NCBI GenBank assembly: GCA_951406725.2
Contig: OX597827.1
Location: 56,978,001 to 57,042,000, forward strand
Direction: 5' to 3'
Source of the DNA: Octopus vulgaris
Taxonomy: Eukaryota
DNA: 64,000 nucleotides
A program made the position numbers and the translations under genes. The notes beneath the pieces were generated by a model that searched no databases, was not told the DNA's origin, and was given only the letters and a program-made list of their open reading frames with translations. Positions 26,470 through 38,405 of this stretch are shown here, piece by piece (position 1 is the first letter of the stretch; each line of letters opens with the position of its first letter).

Positions 26470-27155
26470 TTATTATGTTTACAACTAAGGTAGCGAGCTG
26501 GCAGAATTGTTAGCACACTGGATGAAATGCTAAGCGGTGTTTCACCCATCACTACATTCTGAGTTCAAATTCTGCCGAAGTTGACTTTACTTTTCATCCT
26601 TTTGGGGGGGCGATAAATTAAGTACCAATTGAGTACTGGGGTGATGTAATTGACTTATCCCTCCCCACAAATTTCAGGCCTTGTGCCTATAGTAGAAAAC
26701 CTTATTATGTTTACAACTAAGGTAGCGAGCTGGCAGAATCGTTAGCATGCCAAGCAAAATGCTTTACATTCTGAGTTCAAATTCCACCAAGATAGACTTT
26801 GCTTTTCATCCTTTCAGGGTTGATAAATTAAGTACCAGTGAAACTCTGGGGTTGATGTAATCGACTAGTCCCCTCCCCCTTGTGCCTATAGTAGAAAAGA
26901 TTATTATGTTCACAACAAAGGCAGCGAGCTGGAAAAATTGTTAGCATGCTGGACACATGTTTAGTGATGTTTTGGCTGTCGTTATGTTCTGAGTTCAAAT
27001 TCCATCAAGGTTGACTTTGCATTTCATCCTTTGAGGTTGGGTGGGTGGGGGTGGGGCTGATGAAATAGATACCAGTAAAATACTGTGGTCAATGTAATTG
27101 ACTAGCTCCTTCCCCCAAAATTTCAGGCCTTGTGCCTGTAGTAGAAAGGATTATC
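26470..27155 (+). repeat. Tandem array of three SINE B-variant units
   Basis: Each unit starts TTATTATGTTYACAAC then AAGGYAGCGAGCTGG (26470, 26702, 26901). Confidence 0.85.
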
Positions 27156-27329
27156 ATCATCATCATCATCATCACCACCATCTTCATCATCACCCTTTAG
27201 CATCCATTTTCCATGCTAGCATGGGTTGGGCGGTTTGACCAGAGCTGGCAAGCTGGGGAGCTGCACCAGATTCCACTCTGATTTGGCATGGTTTCTATAG
27301 CTGGATGGATTTCCTAATCCTTTCTACCA

Positions 27330-28282
27330 TAGTTAGTTAGTTAGTTGATTATTTGGCTCAAAAAGCAAAAAGCAAGGCCATGTAGGGGGACATGGAGTTA
27401 TGTACAGGGTGGTGTTCATGTAAAGAGTTCAGGCCACTTGTGGTCAAGGGAGACTTTGAACCGAGCGGTCGTTGGCATCTTCACCATCTCGTCCGGCAGC
27501 TTATTCCACGGATCCGCAACCCGGACGGAGAAAGCCCCTCTCCTTCGATTGAGATGAAATCGTCGCAGATAGAGCTTTTCGGAATGACCCCGCAGCTGAC
27601 ACTTTGGAGCAGGAGTGAAGAACAGCTCCTTCGAGAGGTTACACTTTCCGCTTATGATGTTGTGAGCAAGAATGAGATCACCACAGCGGTGGCGTTTTTC
27701 TAGAGAATAAAGGTCGAGCGTCTTCAGCCTTTCTTCATAAGACAAATTCTTGAGACCAAGAACCATGCGGGTAGCCAGCTTCTGGACTGTTTCGGGATGC
27801 TGTATGTCTTTGAGGAGATAAGGAGAAGAGGCTTGAATCCTGTACTCCAATATGGGTCTCACCAGCGTGACATAGAGCAGTAGGAATATGGCTGCTGTGA
27901 GCATTCCGAATGACCGTTGAATCAAGAACAGAACTCCGCGTGCTTTGTTGGCAGCATGGACGCACTGGGCTGAAGGTGAAGAGGAGGAATCTACCAAGAT
28001 ACCCAGGTCCTTTACCTGGTCGGTCCTCTCCAGCAGCAGACGACCCGGCTCGAAATCAAGTTGAGTTGCAGGAGGAGAGCCAACAGGCAAATGACAGCAC
28101 TTTGACACGTTCAGACACAGGTCCCATTCATTAGACCATCTCCAAATTTGGTGGAGGCATCGACGAAGATCCTCTATATCACCGTGAGGAGCGACCAGTT
28201 TGACATCGTCGGCAAATAGAAGGGTGTGTTGCGTGAGGTCGTTAGGCAAGTCATTTATGAAGACTAAGAACAATAAGGGCCC
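27330..28282 (-). mobile_element. 5'-truncated CR1-group LINE (RT C-terminal half), inserted in a SINE B
   Basis: Open frame GPLLFLVFINDLP..LFADDVKL..KDLGI..LYVTLVRPILEY..FSVRVADPWNKLP; (CTAA)n tail at 27330-27346. The first 22 aa of the listed ORF derive from the host SINE. Confidence 0.88.
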
Positions 28283-28538
28283 ACAAGGCCTGAAATTTGG
28301 GGGGAGGGAACCAGCCGATAAGATCGATCCCAGTATTGCAACTGGCATTTAATTTATTGACTCTGAAAGGATGAAAGGCAAAGTTGACCTCGGCAGAATT
28401 TGAACTCAGAACATAGCGATGGGCAAAATACCGCTGAGCATTTTGTCCAAAGTGCTAATGATTCTGCCAGCTTGCCACCCTTGGATACCTCTCCTAATGC
28501 CAACCTCTTTACAATTTGTGCTGATGTTAAGGGTATTG

Positions 28539-28693
28539 CTACAGATTTTCCATAGAAATAGCCAGCACTGATTTTGTTGTGATGTTTCGTATTTGAGACA
28601 TCAGATGTAAACAAACAATGAGATCAGATGTTTTGGATATGAAACATCGTAACAAAATCAGTGTTGGCTATAATTTCTATTGGAAATCTGTAG
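28539..28693. repeat. Imperfect fold-back / small MITE
   Basis: CTACAGATTTTCCATAGAAATAGCCAGCACTGATTTTGTT... mirrors ...AACAAAATCAGTGTTGGCTATAATTTCTATTGGAAATCTGTAG; arms about 65 bp. Confidence 0.75.
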
Positions 28694-28900
28694 AGGTTAT
28701 AGGTGCAGGAGTGGCTGTGTGGTAAGTAGCTTGCTTCTTTCAGTTTCCGACTATCAAATCCACTCACAAGGCTTTGGTCAGCCCAAGGCTATAGTAGAAG
28801 ACACTTGCCCAAGGTGCCAGGCAGTGGGAATGAACCTGGAACCATGTGGTTGGTAAGCAAGCTACTTACCACACAGCCACTCCTGCGCCTATTGTGTGAC

Positions 28901-29018
28901 GCTTACAGCACATAGGTTTCCCAAGCCCTCACTCATCTAAGTACTCACTAGGCTCAATGCTGCTTAACTTCGGTGATCGGATGAGAACCGGTGCTTTCAA
29001 CGTGATATGGCCGTAAGC
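28901..29018 (-). pseudogene. 5S rRNA pseudogene, full length
   Basis: Minus strand GCTTACGGCCATATCACGTTGAAAGCACCGGTTCTCATCCGATCACCGAAGTTAAGCAGCATTGAGCCTAGTGAGTACTTAGATGAGTGAGGGCTTGGGAAACCTATGTGCTGTAAGC (118 nt); helix I ends pair; CpG-type decay and no oligo-T terminator. Confidence 0.88.
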
Positions 29019-29295
29019 CATATCATGATTTAACATTCTAAGTTTGAATGTTGCTCTAGTTGACTTTGCCTCTCACTCTTTCGGGATCAATAAAATAATC
29101 ACCCCTTGAGCATTGGAGTCAATATAATCGACTGGCTCCTCCCTACAAAATTCCAGGCTTTATGCCTGTAGTAGAAAGAATTCTTAAGCCTACAATGAAT
29201 AATCTTAAAGAATTGCATTTACAGGCCAAATATATGAACAGAGGCACATAAATACAAAATCACTATTTTTACATGAATTCTGTTATTTGTTTCAG

Positions 29296-29396
29296 TTTTA
29301 ACACGAGGCTGGTGTAAATTAGTGTTTGGAATTTGCTTTTTCCATGCTATTGTACAAGAAAGAAAAAAATTTGGACCTCTTGGATGGAACATTAGG
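29296..29396 (+). CDS. DNAH6: DNAH6-like, window exon 6
   Basis: tttcag / gtatgt; 101 nt, phase 1-0; [33 protein letters not shown]. Confidence 0.96.
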
Positions 29397-29459
29397 GTAT
29401 GTGTTATTGAAATATTTAGTTCATGTTTTTTTTTATTTCAATCATATTTTTTTCTTCTA

Positions 29460-29845
29460 TTGGGTTGTCCGGAAAGTTCGTGCCGATTTTTAAAGGAAAG
29501 AAAAATGTCAATAAATACTTGCCATTACATTTTTAATCAACCAAATATGAACCATTTTGTTGCACAAGGCGTCTCCATCTTTCCTTTAACTTGAAAATAC
29601 CCTCTTCCCAGAACTGAGGTGGTTTCATGGCAAAGAATTCATCAAGGCATCTTTTTACGTCATCCAAGGAATTGAAATTTTTACCATTAAGACTATTCTG
29701 CAGAGACCTGAATAAGTGGAAATCCGAAGGAGCAATATCTGGTGAATATGGAGGGTGGGGTAACACATCCTAGCCAAGCTGCAGCAATTTTTGTCTGGTT
29801 CCCAAAGCATCAAGTGCCGAAATTGAACTTTCTTATCTTCCATTT
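29460..29845 (-). mobile_element. Internally deleted mariner, one end lost
   Basis: TA|TTGGGTTGTCCGGAAAGTTCGTGCCGATTT TIR; PHPPYSPDIAPSDFHLFRSLQNSL...[19 protein letters not shown]. Confidence 0.92.
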
Positions 29846-30343
29846 GACTGCAGCCATGCTGGAGCACCGCCTTTAGTTGAGCAAATCAACCCCAGGACTT
29901 ATTTTTTGTAAGCCTAGTACTTATTCTATCAGTCTCTTTTGCTGAACCGCTAAGTTACAGGGACGTAAACACACCAGCGTTGGTTGTCAAGCAATGTTGG
30001 GGTGACAAACACAGACATGCAAACATACATATATACATATATACGCCAGGCTTCTTTCAGTTTCCGTCTACCAAATCCATTCACAAGGCTTTGGTCAGCC
30101 CGAGCCTATAGTAGAAGACACTTGCCCGAAGTGCCACACAGTGGGACTGAACCCAGAACGATATGGTTGGTAAGTAAGCTATTTACCACACAGTCACTCC
30201 TGTGCCTATATATAACAATATCTATTTCAACACATGGTTTCACATCAGGAATCTCACAACACAAATTCATAAATGTAATTATTTCTTTGTTGTCAATATT
30301 GAAACTTTTCCTGATATTATCTAGATTTTATCTTTTATTTCAG

Positions 30344-30445
30344 TATGATTTTGCTGACAGTGACCGAGAATGCGCCTTGTTGAATTTCCAATTATTTTGT
30401 ATTAAAGATATTCCATGGGACACACTTTCATATATCACTGGAGAG
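30344..30445 (+). CDS. DNAH6: DNAH6-like, window exon 7
   Basis: tttcag / gtaaga; 102 nt, phase 0-0; [34 protein letters not shown] (SDRECALLN matches DNAH6 as I recall it). Confidence 0.96.
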
Positions 30446-31497
30446 GTAAGAGATTTTAATTAATGAATATCTCACTTTTAAATAGATACTCTCTACTTAT
30501 CTCTTTCCATGATGTGTGCAGTCAATTTAAGTTTTTACGTGCAATTCATTCATAGTTTACTTGTAAATATGAAAATAATGTTAGTTGCTATCCAATTTTG
30601 TGCTCTTCTCTTTGCATAATTATCTTTAATTTTAATGATCCACTCATTTTAATAAGTTAACATTAATTTGTCTAAAAATTACAGTCGTGTTACTTTTAAA
30701 TTATCTGTTTTGGGAAGCACCTCAATACTAATGACAGGTTTCTTCCTTTGTAAAAGACAAATTCTGTTTGCTTCAGTTTATTCGACTACAAATTATTTTG
30801 CTTGTTTAGATTTTTCTAAAATTTGAATTGTACTGAAAAAAAAAGGAAATATAAGGAAAAAAAAAAAAAAAAGAAGAGAAACATGGTAGTTTAAGAAAAA
30901 GTTTTATACAAATATTAAATATTTAAATAATTTACTGATTCTTTCAGTTCAATATTATCTTTCCATGTATGATCCACCCCCACTGTGAGATTTGGGTGGG
31001 ATTATATGTGAAATTGGAGGCAATGATGAGAAGTAAAAAGAATATGTGCACAACAGATATGTGCAAACAGCCTCACAACTGTAAAGATAAACTGTTATAG
31101 TTGAAACGCTGAATGTAGTTGATAGAAATTTGTGTTTAAAGATGTTAATTAATATGATTGTTTGACTATTTAATTAGCAGCATAGACATAAGGTTTTGTG
31201 TAGATTATGGCTACTAGTTTGCTTAAAGCTGTGAAGCATGTAAAACTCTTAATTTATAATCCTTTATAAATATATTTTTCATATTGGTTTAAAATTTTGG
31301 CACAAGGCCAGCAAGTTCAGGAGAGGGTGTAAGTTGATTATCTCAACCCCAGTGTTCAACTGGTACTTATTTTATCGATCCCAAACAGAGGAAATGTAAA
31401 GTCAACCTCAAAAGAGTTTGAGCTCAGAATGTGTAGACGGATGAAATGCCACTAATGATTATGTTAGCTTACCATCTTAATAATAATAATAATAATA

Positions 31498-32930
31498 AAA
31501 AGAGCACTTAAAAAGTGCAAACCTATGCCAAGGCAACACCAATGTTCTCTCAACTATTAGAGAGATATGATTTTTAAAATGAGAATATCTAAAATAAACT
31601 CAACTGCTCTCACAAATGAGAATACTAAAAACGAACCCATCCGCTCTCAAAAATTAAGTAAAAAAAACTGGAAAAATAATCCAAAATCCTAGTCTGCTAT
31701 TGGATCGATTCCAAAATCTAATCAGTTTGTGCCAGTTGTGAGGCCAAACATCCCTGAAAGTTTCATCTGAATCCATCCAGTGGTTCTTGAGATATCTTGT
31801 CCATCGACAAACAAACACGACTGCAAACAATACTTCTACCTTAGTGAAGGCAGAGGTAATAATAACAATAATAACAAGAGCAGTCAGAGAGCTCAAACCT
31901 ACACTAAGGTAACACCAATGTCCTCTCAATGATTAGTCGAAGAGGATTTTTAAAATGAGAATATCTGAAATAAACTTGACTGCACTCACAAACGAGAATA
32001 CTAAAAATGAACCCGACCACTCTCAAAAATTAAGTAAAGAAACCAGAAAAATAATCCAGAATCTTTGTCTGGTACCTGATCGATCCCAACGGTAGTCATG
32101 AAATGTGAAGATGGGCCTTTGGGCCCTATTTGAAATGCTGTGTGTGTGTCGTCTATAGTGGGAACTGGGACAGTTTTCTTTATGAAGGCCTTTTTAGCCT
32201 ATCCACTGATATAGTGTCTTTACGACCATTAAGGTTTACAGTGAAAAATTTATCTGTACCTGAAAGAAAATGGAAGGGACCTGCATATGGTGCTGTTAAC
32301 AGGGGTTTAACAACATTGTTGCACACAAAAACATGAGTCCAAGAAGTAAAGCCTCCTTGAAGGCAGAGCTTGAAATGCAATTGTCAAGTAGGTAAGAGGT
32401 TTTAAACAGGGGCAATATATTCAAAATTGGTAAAACTAAAAATTGTCAAGGATTAATCAAATTTATTATTGTTACTGAATACGTTAATATTATTTAATTT
32501 CTGAACAGTTTTGCTGCTGCTTGTTTATGTAGTTTGATTTCTTTGTCCATCAGTTTCTACTAAGATAGAGACACAAGTAAAATTAATTATAGGGAAATGG
32601 GAATAAAATTTTGGAAATGGCAACACCACCATAACTTACATGGAAACCATTAGTGTGCTTTCAAGGGAGTTCGTCAGAGAAAGACTTGAAAGTCAATGTT
32701 AAGATCGTAATACTTCATGTAAAGTAAATATAACAGATTATCCAGAATCCTTGTCCGGTACCAGATTGATCCCAAAATCTAATCGGTTTGTGCCAGCTAC
32801 AAGGCCAAACATCCCTCAAAGTTTCATCCGAATCCATCCAGTGGTTCTTGAGATATCTTGTTCATGGACAAACAAACACGCAAACATGACTGAAAACAAT
32901 ACCTCCACCTTAGTGAAGGCAGAGGTAATA
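31498..32930 (-). mobile_element. Tandem Helentron-associated (HINE-like) elements, the second one interrupted
   Basis: Copies at 31498-31860 and at 31876-32089 plus 32740-32930; subterminal palindrome CCTCCACCTTAGTGAAGGCAGAGG and short hairpin GCACT..AGTGC, in AAT-rich sites. Classification rests on structure only. Confidence 0.55.
32170..32340 (-). mobile_element. Ty3/Gypsy integrase C-terminal (GPY/F) fragment
   Basis: THVFVCNNVVKPLLTAPYAGPFHFLSGTDKFFTVNLNGRKDTISVDRLK. Confidence 0.75.
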
Positions 32931-33150
32931 ATAACAATAATAATGGTTTAAAATTCTGACACAAGGCCAGGAATTTTGAGGGTAAATTACATTGACCTTA
33001 GTTCTCAACTGGCATTTATTTTATCAAACTCAAAAGGATGAAAGGCAAAGTCAGCCTTGGGTGAGTTTGAACTCAGAACGTAATAATGGGTCAAATATCA
33101 CTGAGCATTTTACCCAGCGCGCAAACGGTTCTGTCATCTCACCACCTTCT

Positions 33151-33219
<69 letters not shown>

Positions 33220-33266
33220 TAAGGATAATAATAATGATGATAATGATAATGATAATAATAATAATG

Positions 33267-33323
<57 letters not shown>

Positions 33324-33602
33324 GTTTAAAATTTTGGCACAAAGCCGGCAATTTTGAAGGAAGGTGTAAATTGATTACATCAACCCCAGTCCTTATTTTT
33401 TATCGACCTCAAAAAGATGAAAGCCGAAGTCAAGCTCAGAGTAATTTGAACTCAGAACGTAGGGATGGACAAAATGCCACTAAGCATTTCGCCTGGTGTG
33501 CTAACAACTTTGCCAGCTTGCTGTCTTAGATATACCTCTTCATATTACCCCTAGACATTGTACATGAATGCGTGTAAATGTTTTGTTTCTTTTTTTTTTC
33601 AG

Positions 33603-33717
33603 ATTACTTATGGGGGTCGTATAACAGATAACTGGGATCAGAGATGTTTGAGGACCATATTGAAAACTTTTCTTCATCCTACAATTCTTGATGAAAGCTA
33701 CACTTATTCACCATCGA
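33603..33717 (+). CDS. DNAH6: DNAH6-like, window exon 8
   Basis: (T)n-cag / gtcagt; 115 nt, phase 0-1; [38 protein letters not shown]. Confidence 0.95.
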
Positions 33718-34479
33718 GTCAGTCTTATTTTTTTCCTTTTCTAATTCTCTTTATTTAGTTGATGCTGATGCTGAATCAAATATTAAGTAAAAGTATTTAC
33801 CAACAAATACGAAACATTGAGACTGTGAAATAGGAATCTGTTAAAATGTTAATCACAGCTAACTGGATACTTTGCCTTTTTAACAGATTACTTGGCAATA
33901 CCATAGTTATGAGTTATAGTTATTATCGATGTCAGTTTTATTGTTTATAATTTCATAGTCCAAAAAATAATTCATAAATTGCAGAAGAAATGCCACTAAA
34001 CATTTTGTCTGGCATGGCAATGATTCTGCAAGCTTGTCATCACTAACACCATGATCCTCCTCCTCCTCTCCCCCCTCCACTTCCTCTCTTCCTCCTCCTC
34101 TCCTCTCCCCCTTCCACTTCCTCTCTTCCTCCTCCTCCTCTCCCCTTCCACTTCCTCTCTTCCTCCTCCTCCTCCCCCACTTCCTCTCTTCCTCCTCCTC
34201 CTACCCCGCCTCTTCTCATCCTCCCTTTTCTTCTTCCTCCTCCTCCCCTCCTTCTCTCACCTTTTTTTTGTCTTCTGGGGCCATGAGAAATGTTTCTTAA
34301 TAAAGATATATGAACAAGAAAAAAATAAAAAATAAAAAAAGAGATTTAATTACCTATTATTAGCTAGGACCTATTAAAGTTAATCCTTCTTTTAACTCTG
34401 CACTATATATTATTCATATATATATTTATATTAGTTTGAATTACTCATGCATTGTCTTGTAGTTTTGAAATTTCAGTGA

Positions 34480-34752
34480 TAATAATAATGAAATTATTGT
34501 ATACAGTGCTCAGGTGCACCACAACTTGTCAAAAGTGCATATTAAGCGTATGCAGTAATATACAAATATCTGAAAAGTGAACAATGTATGAGTCAGATAC
34601 ATACTTGCATGTGTATGGAGGGGAGAAAATCAGGTGTAGTGTTGGCGAATCTCAGGAAGCATGGAAGTTTTGAAGGATGCAGTGCTCCGACAACTAACAA
34701 CTGATGCCGGCAGTTTGTTCCATACTTCAGCAACTCTTTGCATGAAAAAATG
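34480..34752 (-). mobile_element. CR1-group LINE 3' end
   Basis: Minus strand HFFMQRVAEVWNKLPASVVSCRSTASFK, then UTR and (ATT)n tail; shorter tips of the same tail near 13500 and 57065. Confidence 0.75.
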
Positions 34753-37009
34753 GTGACTCTTTACTTTGGGAATGACATAATAGGGTGGGTGTTAGAGCCC
34801 AGAACTGGCTAGTGTTCAGCATAAAACTGGAAGAATATTTAGGTTGGATATGGCCAGTTCCAATGCTAAAGAGTTAAGAAATGAATAGTCAGACTAATGT
34901 TGATGCAGCTAAAAATGAAGCACATGAAACAATGAAGCAATGTGGACATGTCACTGTGATTAAGCACCACCATGACTTGTCCATGAATGAACAAAAGAAT
35001 TCTTGAAAATTCCTGGATTTCTTAGATAAAACTTGTTTGGAGATTATCAATATCAGCGTTTCATGGTTTGGTTTTCATTGAGATTTTATTTTCTCATCTA
35101 AACTTCTTTGGAAATCTTTATTTTCTCTATTACATCTGAGGCAAAATAGACTTTTATTGTTTCCTACACATTTTTATAGCTGACTTAGGTTTTATTTTTA
35201 TTTTTGTCTTATTTCTATATTTTTCCAGTTGCTTATACCTGAAAATTGACTGGTTATAATGTTTTATTTTTTTATCTTTTACAATAATTGAAATGAAATT
35301 GTGTCTGTAAAAAAATGCTAAAATCATGTATTTTTATCACTGCACATAAACAATGTCAAGCAAAAGAAGAGCAGTTATGTGGTCACTTGAATTGCTAAAA
35401 ATAGCAGAGCTGTTAGAAATGTCCCTCAAATCACAGTCTGCCACCTTAGAATATGTTCTAAATGTGGTACTGAGCTCCTTGATCATTGGAAAAGATAAGA
35501 TATTCATAGGTGGAATCTTTTTCATCATAGCTCTGTTCAGTCAGAACTGATCCTGGCCAAATTAGGAACAACATAAAAACCCACTCACAACATTCACAGA
35601 CACATGGACAGCCAGACTATTAGTATCTTTATCTTTCTTTTTTCCTTTTACTTGTTTCAGTCATTGGATTGCAGCTATGGTGGGCACCACCTAGAACTAC
35701 TAAGTGATGGGGATGTAAACACACCAGTATTGGTTGTCAAGTGATATTGGGGGGACAAACACAGACACACAAACACACACATATATGCATATACATATAT
35801 GCGATGGTCTTCTTTCAGTTTCCGTCTACCAAATCCACTCACAAGGCTATAGTAGAAGACACTTGCTCAAGGTGCCACGCAGTGGGACTGAACCTGGCAC
35901 TATGTGGTTCGTAAGCAAGTTACTTACCACACAGCCACTCCTATGCCTGGGAACTTTTTGATACCCTCTTGTAACTACAGAAAACTGGAACCACCAATTT
36001 ACATGCCATAAGTTTTTAACATTTTATTTAATATCAGGTGCCTGTTAATGGGGATCTCAGTCCACATGGTAACAAGGTATGATATAATATATGTAACCTA
36101 GATAAAAATGAAATGATAAACGTTGCCCTTTTCAAGCTTAGCCAGGCTCATGAGCCCGGTTTCCCGGTTTCTGTGGCATATGTGTTCTCCCCAGCTGGAC
36201 AGGATGTCAGTCCATCACAGCATTACTCAAGAAACAGGAAGAGAGAGTGGGAGAAAGTTGTGGTGAAAGTGTACAACAGGGGTTGCCACTCTCCCCTGCC
36301 AGAGCCTCGTGGAGCTTTTAGGTGTTTTCACTCAATAAACACTCACAACACCTGGTCTGGGAATCAAAACCGTGATCCCTATGACCGCATGTCCGCTGCC
36401 CTAACCACTGGGCCATTGCGCCTCCACTTCAAAACAATGTGAATAGATAAGCATTACCTTTGACAGAGAAAGCGTGTGGTTTAGTGGTTAGGGTGTTTGG
36501 CTCATGATCATAAGGTCATGAGTTCAGTTCCTGGTGATGCGTTGTGTCCCTGACCAAGGCACTTTATTTCATGTTGCTCCAGTTCACTCAGCCAGCAAGA
36601 AACAGGAAAAGAGAGTGAGAGAAAGTTGTGGCGAAAGAGTACAACAGGGGTCGCCACTCTTCCCTGCCGGAGCATCGTGGAGCTTTTAGGTGTTTTCACT
36701 CAATAAACACACACAACACCTGGTCTGGGAATTGAAACCATGATCCTCCGTCCGCGAGTCCACTGCCCTAACCGCTGGGCCATTGTGCTTCCGCATGTAA
36801 CCTAGATAGTACATATATAAACAGAGCGAATTTAGCTATTTCTCCATAGATGTTGGGATAACAATACATTTAGCTATTTCACATTACAGAATAACCTTTC
36901 ACAATAGTTATGTTATTCATATAATGATATTATGCTGGGTTTTATTTTAGTTGTGCTTGTAATGTTGCTATTAATCATTTTCTTATTTTACTTCATTTTT
37001 TATATTCAG

Positions 37010-37131
37010 AACGATATTTTGCTCCTCCATGTGACACCATTCCTGACGTCCTCCAATATATTGACACACTGCCTCATACAGATGAACCAGAAATATTTGG
37101 CATGAATGAGAATGCCAATGTAACCTTTCAT
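37010..37131 (+). CDS. DNAH6: DNAH6-like, window exon 9
   Basis: attcag / gtaagg; 122 nt, phase 1-0; RYFAPPCDTIPDVLQYIDTLPHTDEPEIFGMNENANVTFH. Absent from the ORF track; translated by hand. Confidence 0.95.
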
Positions 37132-37285
37132 GTAAGGCATTATTCATAAACTAAAAACCTTTATTTCTATCCCATTATTTCATGGCATATCACATTTGTT
37201 CAAGTTTTAAAGCATAGATTTGTAGATTAGAGTAAAAAATTTTTTGTGTGAATGCACATAAATATTAATTAAGTAATGGAAGTGA

Positions 37286-37760
37286 CAAGCTGGCAGAATC
37301 GTTAGTTAGAGAAGGCGGTGAGCTGGCAGAAACGTTAGCACGCCGGACAAAATGCTTAGAGGTATTTTGTCTGCCATTACGTTTTGAGTTCAAATTCCAT
37401 CGAGGTCGACTTTGCCTTTCATCCTTTCAGGGTTGATAAATTAAGTACCAGTTACGCACTGGGGTAAATGTAATTTTTTTTTTTTTAAAACTTTTTATTA
37501 CCCATAAGGGGCTAAACACAGAGGGGACAAACAAGGACAGACATAGGTATTAAGTCGATTACATTGACCCCAGTGTGTAACTGATACTTAATTTATCGAC
37601 CCCAAAAGGATGAAAGGCGAAGTCGACCTCGGCGGAATTTGAACTCACAACGTAACACAGACGAAATACCGCTAAGCATTTCGCTCGGCGTGCTAACGTT
37701 TCTGCCAGCTCGCCGCCTTCTCTAACTAACAATTCTGCCAGCTTGGGGTAAATGTAATTT
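37286..37760. mobile_element. Sense SINE B with nested antisense SINE B forming a fold-back
   Basis: TSD GGGGTAAATGTAATTT at 37461-37476 and 37745-37760; inverted arms span 37286-37745. Confidence 0.85.
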
Positions 37761-38346
37761 ACTTAATCTCTTTGTCTTGGTCGACTTTGCCTATCATCCT
37801 GTTGGGGTTGATAAAATAAGTACCAGTTGAACACTGGGGTTGATGTATTTGATTTACCCATTTCCCTAAAATTGCTGGCCTTGGGCCAAAATTTGAAACC
37901 AATATACTATGTATAGATTGTGCTGTTGGAAATTATTCTGATGATATCCATCTCCTATTGCACATGGTTGCATAGGAACAAAATGGAACCTAGTGGCAGT
38001 GAAGAAAATTGAAGGCAACTAATTTTAAATATTTGTATAATATATCTTTTACCTTTTGATGGTTTTGGTCATTGGACTGTGGCCATGAAGGGGCACTGCC
38101 TTGATTGATTAGTCAAACAAATCGACCCCAGGACTTACGTTTTGTTTTGTTTTGTTTTAAAGTCTGACACTTATCGTATCGGTCTGTTTTACTGGTAAGT
38201 TACAAAGATGTAAACAAACCAACACCAGTTCTCAAACAGTAGGGGGATGGGTTGACAAGCACAGACACAAAGTCACAAACACCTATATGTGTGTGTTTGT
38301 GTGTGTGTGTATGTGTAGGTATGTGTGTGTGTGTATACATATATGT

Positions 38347-38403
<57 letters not shown>

Positions 38404-38405
<2 letters not shown>

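Noticed and set aside
26470-27155. Regularly spaced short repeats with long spacers
   Set aside because: The intervening sequences are homologous SINE copies, not unique spacers.
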